From contig DUPK01000063.1 of the NCBI GenBank assembly GCA_012838345.1, forward strand, positions 8,738-72,737: DNA of 64,000 bases. Direction: 5' to 3'. The translations under genes and the position numbers were made by a program. How positions within the stretch are numbered: position 1 is the stretch's first letter; the number at the start of each line of letters is the position of its first letter. The stretch is from Clostridiales bacterium (GTDB taxonomy: Bacteria > Bacillota > Clostridia > Oscillospirales > Oscillospiraceae). Below the pieces are notes generated by a model that worked only from the letters and a program-made list of their open reading frames with translations, was not told the DNA's origin and ran no database searches. Positions 19,304 through 29,897 of this stretch are shown here, one piece after another.

Positions 19304-19427
19304 GGCCGCGTAGCTAACCACAGCGTACACATTTGAACCCGTGTTGAACGGGCCGGTTTCGGCGCACACGTACCGCGCCCTGAAGGGCAAGCGCGGATTT
19401 AAGTGTGTATGCTGTGGTTACGCGGCC
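19304..19427 (+). ncRNA. Structured RNA element in the rpmJ-rpsM spacer (27-bp closing helix plus internal hairpins); function unknown
   Basis: 19304-19311 pairs with 19420-19427 (8 bp). After a 4-nt bulge (19312-19315), 19316-19334 pairs with 19401-19419 (19 bp, including G19325-U19410 and U19332-G19403). Internal hairpins are cccgt-gttga-acggg (19338-19352) and ccgcgc...gcgcgg (19373-19396). The G-U pairs would be C-A mismatches on the minus strand. Confidence 0.6.
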
Positions 19428-19510
19428 GAACCGGAACCAGGAGCCCGCGGGAAAAGCGGTCTCTAACGAACAATCGTTTTAACTTAAACGAAAGGAATGA
19501 TTAAAAAAGT

Positions 19511-19879
19511 ATGGCGAGAATTTCCGGCGTTGATTTGCCTAAGGACAAAAGGATTGAGGTAGCCCTCACCTATGTCTACGGCATTGGCCAGAAAAGAGCG
19601 AAAGATATACTCGCGGCTACGGGAATCAATCCCGATACCAGAGTAAAAGACCTGACCGGAGAGCAGGAGGCTCAGCTGCGCGAGTTTATCGATAAGAACT
19701 ATATTGTCGAAGGCGACCTGAGAAGATCCGTTGCACTGGATATAAAGAGGCTTATCGAGATAGGCTGCTACAGAGGCTTCCGTCACAGGAAGGGGCTTCC
19801 CGTCAGAGGTCAGCGTACAAAGACTAACGCGCGCACGCGCAAGGGTCCGAAGAGAACAATTGCCAATAAGAAGAAGTAA
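19511..19879 (+). CDS. rpsM: 30S ribosomal protein S13
   Basis: Motifs [26 protein letters not shown] and [25 protein letters not shown]. Confidence 0.98.
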   Translation: MARISGVDLPKDKRIEVALTYVYGIGQKRAKDILAATGINPDTRVKDLTGEQEAQLREFIDKNYIVEGDLRRSVALDIKRLIEIGCYRGFRHRKGLPVRGQRTKTNARTRKGPKRTIANKKK

Positions 19880-19894
19880 GGGAGGGATATGTAA

Positions 19895-20293
19895 ATGGCA
19901 AAGAATGTAAAGCAACGTGTCAGAACAAAGCGCCGTGAAAGAAAGAACATCGAAAAGGGCGCGGTGCATATCCGCTCCTCGTTTAACAACACTATGGTAA
20001 CCATAACCGATACAAACGGCAACGCCATAGCCTGGGCATCCTCCGGCGGAATGGGATTCCGCGGCAGCAGAAAGTCCACACCCTTTGCGGCTCAGACTGC
20101 CGCCGAGGCAGCGGCGAGGGCCGCCATGGAGCATGGACTCAAGACCGTCGAGGTCTTTGTCAAGGGCCCCGGATCCGGCCGCGAAGCTGCGATTCGCGCT
20201 CTCCAGTCCGTAGGCCTTGAGGTAACCATGATTAAAGACGTAACACCTATCCCGCACAATGGCTGCCGTCCGCCTAAGAGACGCCGCGTTTAA
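19895..20293 (+). CDS. rpsK: 30S ribosomal protein S11
   Basis: Motifs [30 protein letters not shown] and [18 protein letters not shown]. Confidence 0.98.
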   Translation: MAKNVKQRVRTKRRERKNIEKGAVHIRSSFNNTMVTITDTNGNAIAWASSGGMGFRGSRKSTPFAAQTAAEAAARAAMEHGLKTVEVFVKGPGSGREAAIRALQSVGLEVTMIKDVTPIPHNGCRPPKRRRV

Positions 20294-20307
20294 GGAGGAA
20301 ATGTAGT

Positions 20308-20934
20308 ATGGCAAGATATACAGATGCAGTATGCCGCCTTTGCCGCAGAGAGGGCCAAAAGCTCTTTTTGAAGGGTGACAGATGCTATACAGATAAGTGC
20401 GCAGTCGTTAGACGCTCCTATGCGCCTGGTCAGCATGGCCAGAGGAGGGCAAAGGTTTCCGAATACGGCAACCAGCTTAGAGAGAAGCAGAAGGCAAAGA
20501 GATATTACGGTGTTCTGGAGAGACAGTTTGAGGGTTACTTCGAACTTGCTTCCAAGAGGAAGGGGCAGACCGGCGAGAACCTCCTGTCCATCCTTGAGAG
20601 CCGACTTGACAACGTGGTTTACAGACTTGGCTTTGCCATGTCCCGCGCCGAGGCAAGGCAGCTTGTCCGACACGGACACTTCACCGTAAACGGAAGGAAG
20701 GTCAACATCCCTTCCTATCTCGTGAAGCCCGGCGAAGTTATTACGCTCAAGGAATCTTCCAAGAGCCTTGAGAAGATTAAGTCGGTCGTAGAGGCCAACT
20801 CCTTCCGCCAGCCGCCGAAGTGGCTTGATTATGACAGGGACAACTTGGTGGCAAAGGTTGTAGCACTTCCCACCAAGGAGGACATCGATCTGCCTATTCA
20901 AGAGCATCTCATCGTTGAGCTTTATTCTAAGTAA
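20308..20934 (+). CDS. rpsD: 30S ribosomal protein S4
   Basis: Motifs [26 protein letters not shown] and S4 domain [27 protein letters not shown]. It remains in the alpha operon after rpsK. Confidence 0.98.
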   Translation: MARYTDAVCRLCRREGQKLFLKGDRCYTDKCAVVRRSYAPGQHGQRRAKVSEYGNQLREKQKAKRYYGVLERQFEGYFELASKRKGQTGENLLSILESRLDNVVYRLGFAMSRAEARQLVRHGHFTVNGRKVNIPSYLVKPGEVITLKESSKSLEKIKSVVEANSFRQPPKWLDYDRDNLVAKVVALPTKEDIDLPIQEHLIVELYSK

Positions 20935-21012
20935 TATACAGCCCTCGTTATTGGTAAGCTGGAATAATATGCGTGTCTTTATAAGAGCGCACAGGAGGAG
21001 GGTATCAGATTT

Positions 21013-21963
21013 ATGGTAGAAATAGAAAAGCCGCGTATTGAATGTTTTGAAGACCCCGGCGACGAATCCTATGGCAAGTATGTGGTTGAGCCGCTCGAGC
21101 GTGGATATGGCACCACTTTGGGGAACTCGCTCAGAAGGATACTCCTATCCTCACTGCCCGGCACCGCTGTAACATCAATTAAAGTGGCGGGCGTGCCGCA
21201 CGAGTTTTCGACAATTCCCGGTGTCAAAGAAGATGTCACGGAGATAGTGCTGAACGTAAAAAGCATAATCGCAAGACTTCATTGCGATGGACCGAAGACA
21301 GTATATATTGAAGCCACTGGAGAGTGTGAAGTCAAAGCCGGCGACATCAAGACGGACAGCGAGGTTGAAATACTAAACCCCGATCTCCATATAGCTACGC
21401 TTGGCCCGGACGCGACGCTCAACATGGAGCTTACAATCGGGAAAGGACGCGGGTATGTCCCTGCCGAGCGCAACAAGCCTCAGCAGGCGGTCATCGGCGT
21501 AATCCCGGTGGACTCCGTCTACACTCCGGTTTTGAAGGTCAACTACAATGTTGAGAACACGCGCGTCGGGAATATGACTGACTTTGATAAGCTCACAATT
21601 GAAGTCTGGACGAATAAGACCATTTCGGCAAGGGATGCAATATCGCTTGGCGCGAAGATTCTCTGCGACCATATAGCCCTGTTCACCAACCTGAGCGAAA
21701 ATGTTGGTAAGAGCTCCACGGTCGTTGAGAAGGCTGAAACGCAGCGCGATAAGATACTGGAAATGACCATTGAGGAAATGGACCTCTCGGTGCGCAGCTT
21801 CAACTGCTTAAAGCGTGCCAATATCAACACAGTAGAGGATCTCATAAGCAAGACCGAAAGCGAAATGATGAAGGTCAGAAACCTGGGCCGCAAGTCGCTG
21901 GAAGAGGTCGTAAACAAGCTGGCAATGATGGGGCTTAGCCTTGCCAAAGAAGATAACAATTAA
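21013..21963 (+). CDS. rpoA: DNA-directed RNA polymerase subunit alpha
   Basis: N-terminal domain motif [20 protein letters not shown], and C-terminal domain [24 protein letters not shown]. Confidence 0.98.
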   Translation: MVEIEKPRIECFEDPGDESYGKYVVEPLERGYGTTLGNSLRRILLSSLPGTAVTSIKVAGVPHEFSTIPGVKEDVTEIVLNVKSIIARLHCDGPKTVYIEATGECEVKAGDIKTDSEVEILNPDLHIATLGPDATLNMELTIGKGRGYVPAERNKPQQAVIGVIPVDSVYTPVLKVNYNVENTRVGNMTDFDKLTIEVWTNKTISARDAISLGAKILCDHIALFTNLSENVGKSSTVVEKAETQRDKILEMTIEEMDLSVRSFNCLKRANINTVEDLISKTESEMMKVRNLGRKSLEEVVNKLAMMGLSLAKEDNN

Positions 21964-21987
21964 CTCTTTACGAGGAGGAGAAATATA

Positions 21988-22329
21988 ATGCCCGGAAGAC
22001 GGAAACTCGGAAAGCCAACCGACCAGCGCATGGCCATGCTCAGGCAGCAGGTTACTGCGCTTCTCGAGAACGGCCGTATGGAGACAACCGTGACGAGAGC
22101 TAAGGAGGTTGCGCCTCTAACCGAGAAGATGATAACCCTTGGAAAGACGAACACGCTCGCCTCCCGCCGTCAGGCACTGGCATTCATCACGAAAGAGGAC
22201 GTCGTCACCAAGGTTTTCAACGAGATTGCGCCCAGATATAAGGAGCGCAACGGCGGCTACACACGCATTACACGCATCGGACCCCGCAGGGGCGATGCAG
22301 CCGAGATGGCTATAGTCGAATTGGTTTAA
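21988..22329 (+). CDS. rplQ: 50S ribosomal protein L17
   Basis: Motifs [15 protein letters not shown] and GGYTRI. Confidence 0.97.
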   Translation: MPGRRKLGKPTDQRMAMLRQQVTALLENGRMETTVTRAKEVAPLTEKMITLGKTNTLASRRQALAFITKEDVVTKVFNEIAPRYKERNGGYTRITRIGPRRGDAAEMAIVELV

Positions 22330-22350
22330 CGGCAAAACTTTTAATAGAGA

Positions 22351-22380
22351 GAGCCGCACATGCCTGTGCGGCTCTTTTTG
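22351..22380 (+). terminator. Rho-independent terminator of the ribosomal protein/rpoA/rplQ transcription unit
   Basis: gagccgcac-atgcct-gtgcggctc (9 bp, perfect) followed by ttttt, 22 nt after the rplQ stop. Confidence 0.85.
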
Positions 22381-22597
22381 TGCTAAGTAATAGAGTCCTT
22401 GGGGAACGAAATTACCAATTAAGTAATATCCGGACAGCGCATTATAAAAGCAAATCCGCCTTGTCGGCGCAGGTTTAAGGGGCTTTAAAGCCCGGATGCG
22501 CTCATAAACCGCTTGACCCCTGCTCAAAAACTGCCTTGCCTTAAGCTGAATAATTTTTCCGCTTCCCTCAAAAAATAGCCACAAGGAGGCGGAAGAA

Positions 22598-23035
22598 ATG
22601 AAAATGACGAAAAAGGAGTACGGGGAATATGTGAAAAAGAAATCCCCGAACTCCAATTTGTTTGCAAACGTTCTGAAGGCGTTTGTAAGCGGCGGGATAA
22701 TCTGCGCAATCGGCGAGGGGATTTTGCACCTGTACACGGGCTGTGGCCTCGGTACGGACGAAGCAGCCTCCGCCACCTCAATCTCGCTTGTCTTTCTCGG
22801 CGCGCTGTTGACGGGGCTCGGAGTATATGACAAGATGGCAAAGTTCTCCGGGGCGGGCACGCTGGTGCCGATAACCGGCTTTGCAAACTCCATAGTCTCG
22901 CCGGCGCTTGAGTTTAAAAGTGAGGGCTTTGTCACCGGCACGAGCGCGAAGATGTTCGTAATAGCAGGTCCGGTTCTCGTTTTCGGAATATCGGCCTCTA
23001 TAATCTATGGAATACTTCTTGCGATAATAAAATAA
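22598..23035 (+). CDS. spoVAC: Stage V sporulation protein AC
   Basis: A 145-aa membrane protein: KKSPNSNLF.N.LKAF..GG.ICAIGEG, GAGTLVPITGFANSIVSPALEFKSEGFV.G and KMF.IAGPVLVFG. AGGAGG lies upstream of the ATG. Confidence 0.88.
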   Translation: MKMTKKEYGEYVKKKSPNSNLFANVLKAFVSGGIICAIGEGILHLYTGCGLGTDEAASATSISLVFLGALLTGLGVYDKMAKFSGAGTLVPITGFANSIVSPALEFKSEGFVTGTSAKMFVIAGPVLVFGISASIIYGILLAIIK

Positions 23036-23037
23036 AA

Positions 23038-23075
23038 ACAGTGAGGGGGCGGGCTGACGCTCCCTCACTGTTTTG
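23038..23075. terminator. Hairpin terminator shared by convergent spoVAC and gdhA
   Basis: acagtgaggg-(14 nt)-ccctcactgt (10 bp) followed by tttt on the plus strand. It lies between the two convergent stop codons (23035 and 23093). Confidence 0.7.
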
Positions 23076-23092
23076 TATGCAATAGACCTGAC

Positions 23093-25253
<2,161 letters not shown>

Positions 25254-25551
25254 AACGAGCCCTCCTCACTATAGGATATGTTTAGGTTCCAATGACTCCT
25301 TATATAATTATTATATCGCATACCCTTGAAAAATTCTACATAAAATTTAATTAATAAGTTGAATATAAGGCATATACAAGTTCAAATTTGACTTGTATTT
25401 TTTTCCCCGATAATATATGATGTAACCGTTCGTGTTCCAGCGGCAAAAGCTGCGCCTACTTGCTGCGGGCGCTATAAAAATCAGCCGCGTCGTCAACACA
25501 TGCCGGCTTGAAAAGGCCGCCTGAGTAAGGAAATATAAAGGAGGGGAAGGC

Positions 25552-26367
25552 TTGGATAACCGTCCCATCGGTGTCTTTGATTCGGGCCTTGGCGGGCTTA
25601 CGGCCGTCCAGAAGCTCATCGAGCTGCTTCCCAACGAGGACATAATTTATCTGGGCGATACGGGGCGCGTACCTTACGGCGGACGCTCCAGGGAGACCAT
25701 TATAAAATACGCAAGACAGGACATCGCCTTCCTGACGAGCTTTGACATAAAGGCAATAGTCATAGCCTGCGGAACCGTCAGCACGACGGCCATGGGCGAG
25801 ATAGAAAACGACTATGACCTGCCGATAGCGGGCGTTGTGCTCCCCGCGGTGGAGAAGGCCGTAAAGGTCACGAAGAACAAGAGGATAGGGCTTATTGGGA
25901 CCGTAGCGTCGATAAACAGCAGGGCCTATGACAGGCTAATCCTTGAGAGGCTGCCGGATGCCGAGATATTCTCCGCCGCCTGTCCGCTGCTTGTTCCCCT
26001 TGTCGAAAACGGGAGGATAAACAGGGGAGACATAATGATAGAAACGGCCGTAAGAGAGTATTTAACACCGATAAAGGAGCAGGGGGTGGATACGCTTATC
26101 CTGGGCTGCACTCACTACCCGCTAATAGGAGATGTAATAGGGGACTTTATGGGCGGGGAAGTCAGCCTCATAAGCCCGGGAGCGGAAACCGCAGCCTTTG
26201 TGGCCGAGCTCCTTGAGAAAAACGGAATATCGGCTGAAAAAGGGCGCATAGCCACCCACCGCTATTTTGTCACTGACAGCATAGAGGGCTTTTCGAGCGC
26301 GGCCTCGCTGTTTTTAAGGCAGGACGTCCGCGGAGAGGTCTCAAAGGTTGATTTGCACAATTTTTGA
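25552..26367 (+). CDS. murI: Glutamate racemase
   Basis: Motifs PIGVFDSGLGGLT, YLGDTGRVPYG, VIACGTVS and LGCTHYP. It has a TTG start after AAGGAGGGG. Confidence 0.95.
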   Translation: MDNRPIGVFDSGLGGLTAVQKLIELLPNEDIIYLGDTGRVPYGGRSRETIIKYARQDIAFLTSFDIKAIVIACGTVSTTAMGEIENDYDLPIAGVVLPAVEKAVKVTKNKRIGLIGTVASINSRAYDRLILERLPDAEIFSAACPLLVPLVENGRINRGDIMIETAVREYLTPIKEQGVDTLILGCTHYPLIGDVIGDFMGGEVSLISPGAETAAFVAELLEKNGISAEKGRIATHRYFVTDSIEGFSSAASLFLRQDVRGEVSKVDLHNF

Positions 26368-26422
26368 CAATACGGCAAAAATGAGGTATAATTAAAAGCT
26401 ACTATTTATAAGGGAAAGGGCT

Positions 26423-26845
26423 ATGAAGGAGAAAAACGTTATAATCTCAATAAAGGGAATTCAATCCAACGACGGTGACAAGGACATATATGAGCTTGTC
26501 ACGGACGGTACCTATACATTTTCTGATTCCGCCTGCGAATTTACTTATATGGAGAGCGAGCTCACGGGGCTTGAAGGAACCAAGACCACATTCAAAGTCG
26601 ACAACGAGAAGGTGCTCCTGACGCGCGAAGGCAGTCTCAATTCCCAGATGATGTTTGAAAAGGGTAAGAAGCATTTCTTCCTCTATGAAACGCCTTACGG
26701 CTCGGCGACCATGGGCGTCAAGACCCACAAGTTAAAGACGGGGCTTGGCGAGAGCGGCGGCGATATTGAGCTTGCGTACGCCGTCGATGTCGACAGCGTA
26801 CCGCTTGGGAAAAACGAGTTTAAGATAAGTATTCGGGAAGCGTAG
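26423..26845 (+). CDS. DUF1934 domain protein (YwiB-like beta-barrel)
   Basis: Size (140 aa), an alternating beta-strand pattern, and the conserved position immediately upstream of argS, as in many Firmicutes. Confidence 0.7.
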   Translation: MKEKNVIISIKGIQSNDGDKDIYELVTDGTYTFSDSACEFTYMESELTGLEGTKTTFKVDNEKVLLTREGSLNSQMMFEKGKKHFFLYETPYGSATMGVKTHKLKTGLGESGGDIELAYAVDVDSVPLGKNEFKISIREA

Positions 26846-26855
26846 GGTACAAAAG

Positions 26856-28553
26856 ATGGCAAATCTCATTGAAAAGGCAAAGGCACAAATTGACTCTCTG
26901 GTAAAGGAAGCGTATGAGAGGGCATCGCAGAAAGGCGCTCTACCCTCAGGCGTTGAGCTTGGCGGCTCCGTCGAGATTCCGAAGGACCCGTCGCTCGGAG
27001 ATTATGCCTGCTCCTACGCTCTGGCAGCGGCAAAGGGCATGAAAATGCCGCCGCGAAAAATTGCTGACGAGCTTGTAAATGAGCTTCGGCTCGACGGCAG
27101 CTACTTTAATAGCGCCGTGGTGGCAGGAGCCGGCTTTATCAATTTCCGCCTCTCCGACAAATGGTATGCCGAGGTGCTGGCCGCCGTCGAGGCGGAGGGG
27201 GCCGACTACGGACGCGCCGACAAGAGGACCGGCGAGCGCGTGATGGTCGAATTTGTCTCCGCAAATCCCACCGGACCCATGACTATAGGGAACGCGAGGG
27301 GCGGAGTTTTGGGCGATACGCTCGCCGAGATTCTGGACCGTGCCGGATGCGACGTCTGGCGCGAATTTTATGTGAATGACGCGGGCAATCAGGTGGAGCT
27401 CTTCGGGCGCTCGATTGAGGCAAGGTACCTGCAGCTTGTATTGGGCGAGGATAAGGTGCCCTTCCCCGAGGACGGCTACCACGGCGACGACATCAGGGAG
27501 CTTGCCCGAATGCTCTATGACAGGTACGGCGACAAGTACGTAAACATGGACGAAGAAAAGCGCCGTGAGGCCTTTGTCGCCTTCGCGCTTCCCCATAACA
27601 TAGAGCTGATGAAAGAGCACCTGGAGCGCTACAGGATTCATTTTGACCGCTTTTTCCTCGAGAGCGACCTGCACAAGAGCGGCTATGTCGAGGAGACCGT
27701 AAAGCTCCTGACAGACAACGGCTACACCTATGAAAAGGACGGCGCCCTATGGCTAAAAAACACCGCCTTTGGAGCCGACAAGGACGAGGTTTTGCGCAGG
27801 GCCAACGGATTCTACACATATTATACTGTTGACATTGCCTACCACAGGCATAAATTCATTGAGCGTGGCTTTGACCGCGTCATAGACGTCTGGGGAGCGG
27901 ATCACCACGGCCACGCGGTACGCTTCAAGGCCACAATGACCGCGCCCGCGCTCGGCATCGACAGCAATAAGCTCGACTTTCTCATAATGCAGATGGTGCG
28001 CTTAACGCGCGACGGCGAGACGATAAAGGTGTCCAAGAGAACCGGCAAGGCAATCACTCTTAACGATCTCCTCGACGAAATATCAGTGGACGCCTGCCGC
28101 TTTTTCTTCAACGCAAGGCCCGACACTCACCTCGAGTTTGATTTGGGCCTCGCAATACGCCAGGACAGCGAAAACCCCGTCTACTACGTCCAGTACGCAC
28201 ACGCGAGAATATCGAGCCTTATCGCGACGCTGGCCGGCGAGGGCGTTGAGGTCCCGAAGGTCTGTGAGATAGACGTTTCAAAGCTCGGCACCGATTGCGA
28301 GCGCGAACTGATAAAGCAGATTTCCCTGCTGCCGGAGGAGATTAGACTAGCCGCGCGCGACTACGACCCGTCCAGGATTAACCGCTATGTGATTGAGCTG
28401 GCGGCGAGGTTCCACCGTTTCTACAATGCCAACCGCATCAGGGGCGAGGAGCCGGAGCTGATGCTGGCAAGGCTAAAGCTCGCGGACGCCACCAGGAGGG
28501 TGATAGCAAACAGCCTGGATATTCTGGGAGTGACAGCGCCGGAGAAAATGTGA
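26856..28553 (+). CDS. argS: Arginine--tRNA ligase
   Basis: The SANPTGPMTIGNARGG region is HIGH-like, alongside DHHGH and an MSTR-like KVSKRTGKAITL, plus a DALR anticodon-binding C-terminus. Length is 565 aa. Confidence 0.96.
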   Translation: MANLIEKAKAQIDSLVKEAYERASQKGALPSGVELGGSVEIPKDPSLGDYACSYALAAAKGMKMPPRKIADELVNELRLDGSYFNSAVVAGAGFINFRLSDKWYAEVLAAVEAEGADYGRADKRTGERVMVEFVSANPTGPMTIGNARGGVLGDTLAEILDRAGCDVWREFYVNDAGNQVELFGRSIEARYLQLVLGEDKVPFPEDGYHGDDIRELARMLYDRYGDKYVNMDEEKRREAFVAFALPHNIELMKEHLERYRIHFDRFFLESDLHKSGYVEETVKLLTDNGYTYEKDGALWLKNTAFGADKDEVLRRANGFYTYYTVDIAYHRHKFIERGFDRVIDVWGADHHGHAVRFKATMTAPALGIDSNKLDFLIMQMVRLTRDGETIKVSKRTGKAITLNDLLDEISVDACRFFFNARPDTHLEFDLGLAIRQDSENPVYYVQYAHARISSLIATLAGEGVEVPKVCEIDVSKLGTDCERELIKQISLLPEEIRLAARDYDPSRINRYVIELAARFHRFYNANRIRGEEPELMLARLKLADATRRVIANSLDILGVTAPEKM

Positions 28554-28577
28554 ATAAAATGAGGGGCGGGACTAATA

Positions 28578-29432
28578 ATGGAGCTTTTTGACAGACTTCC
28601 GCTGATACTTGACGGGGCGACCGGGACCGAGCTGCAGAAAAAGGGCTACACCCCGGGCTGCAGCATGGAGCAGTGGATACTTGAAAACCCGGACAGGCTC
28701 ATAGAGCTTCATAAGGGCTATGTACAGGTGGGCTCTGATGTGGTGTACGCGGCGACCTTCGGAACAAACCGGATTGCCCTTGAGAAGCACGGGCTTGGAG
28801 ATAAGGTGCGGGAGTTTAACCTGCGCCTTGCGGAACTAACGCAAAAGGCGGTCGAGGGAAAGGCCTTGGTGGGCGGGGACATCGCGCCCACTGGTAAAAC
28901 GCTTGAGCCCTATGGCGATATGCCGGAGGATAGGCTCTTTGAAGTATACGTTGAGCAGGCCGGCGCTCTTGAAGAGGCGGGGGTAGACCTCTTCGCCGTT
29001 GAGACGCAGATGTCGGGCAGAGAGGCTGAGATTGCCGTTTCAGCGATAAAGTCCCTGTCAAAAAAACCGATATTTTTAAGCTTCACCTGCAACGCGGTGG
29101 GGCGCACCCTATACGGCGAGAAAGCCACCGACCTGCTTGAATCTGCTCAGGAATGGGGCGTCAGCGCTTTCGGAATAAACTGCTGCGGCGATTTCGCGCT
29201 TTTGGAAAGGCTTGTCTGCGAGATGAGCGCCATATCCAAAATTCCCCTGCTTGTCAAGCCCAATGCGGGGATACCGAAATTTGTTGACGGCAAGCCTCTT
29301 TTCTCTCTGGCACCGGCGGAGTTCGGTTTAAGGATGGCGGAGCTCAATTCCCTGGGCGCGTCGGTTCTGGGGGGCTGCTGCGGCACAGGCCAGCAGCATA
29401 TTTCTGCCCTGGTGGAGAGCCTAAAAGCCTAA
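28578..29432 (+). CDS. Homocysteine S-methyltransferase domain protein (stand-alone)
   Basis: Motifs LILDGATGTEL, GSDVVYAATFGTN, GINCC and GGCCGT (zinc-binding Cys). At 284 aa it has no pterin-binding or B12-binding domains. Confidence 0.85.
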   Translation: MELFDRLPLILDGATGTELQKKGYTPGCSMEQWILENPDRLIELHKGYVQVGSDVVYAATFGTNRIALEKHGLGDKVREFNLRLAELTQKAVEGKALVGGDIAPTGKTLEPYGDMPEDRLFEVYVEQAGALEEAGVDLFAVETQMSGREAEIAVSAIKSLSKKPIFLSFTCNAVGRTLYGEKATDLLESAQEWGVSAFGINCCGDFALLERLVCEMSAISKIPLLVKPNAGIPKFVDGKPLFSLAPAEFGLRMAELNSLGASVLGGCCGTGQQHISALVESLKA

Positions 29433-29516
29433 ATCAAAAGAGATTACCAAAAATGCGCCAGTTCTAGTAATATTTTCTTAATTTTGAGAAAATCAGGCAG
29501 AAAATTACATTTCTAC

Positions 29517-29544
29517 TTGACAAAAACTTGAAAGATGATATAAT
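29517..29544 (+). promoter_or_regulatory. Near-consensus sigma-A promoter of abrB
   Basis: TTGACA (29517-29522), a 16-nt spacer containing a TG at -15/-14, then TATAAT (29539-29544). Confidence 0.75.
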
Positions 29545-29602
29545 TTAACCAGATTTCATAAAGAAGGATATCGAAATTGCTTGAAAAATGGAGGATATGA
29601 GT

Positions 29603-29842
29603 ATGAAATCGACAGGAATTGTCAGGAAAGTCGACGAGCTCGGGCGAATCGTTTTGCCAATCGAGCTGCGCCGCACACTGGACATTGCAGAAAAGGACGC
29701 GTTGGAGATTTATGTGGAAGAATCTTCAATCATATTGAGGAAATATGAGCCTGCCTGTATATTCTGTGACAGCGCAAAGAACGTCACTTCCTACAAAGGC
29801 AAGAATATCTGTGCGGAATGCTTGAAAGAACTCAAGGCATAA
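29603..29842 (+). CDS. abrB: AbrB family transition-state regulator
   Basis: MKSTGIVRKVDELGRIVLPIELRRTLDI.EKD.LEIYV is the canonical SpoVT/AbrB swapped-hairpin domain. The ATG at 29603 follows GGAGGA. The C-terminal part carries CxxC...CxxC. Confidence 0.92.
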   Translation: MKSTGIVRKVDELGRIVLPIELRRTLDIAEKDALEIYVEESSIILRKYEPACIFCDSAKNVTSYKGKNICAECLKELKA

Positions 29843-29860
29843 GTACAAATTGATTGCGAA

Positions 29861-29897
29861 AAGCCACGGTGGAATTTCACTTCCGCCGTGGCTTTTT
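29861..29897. terminator. Hairpin terminator between convergent abrB and ygiQ (overlaps the ygiQ 3' end)
   Basis: aagccacgg-(16 nt)-ccgtggctt followed by tttt on the plus strand. The 3' arm lies inside the last codons of ygiQ on the other strand. Confidence 0.7.

Noticed and set aside
19166-19390. A 74-aa minus-strand ORF inside the rpmJ-rpsM spacer
   Set aside because: It has a TTG start without an RBS, lies antisense to the operon, and coincides with a helix-rich segment whose G-U pairs favour plus-strand RNA structure. A non-coding element explains it better.
22117-22941. A 274-aa minus-strand ORF spanning the rplQ 3' end, the terminator and spoVAC
   Set aside because: It crosses a strong plus-strand terminator and two well-supported plus-strand genes, and its translation has no recognisable domain.
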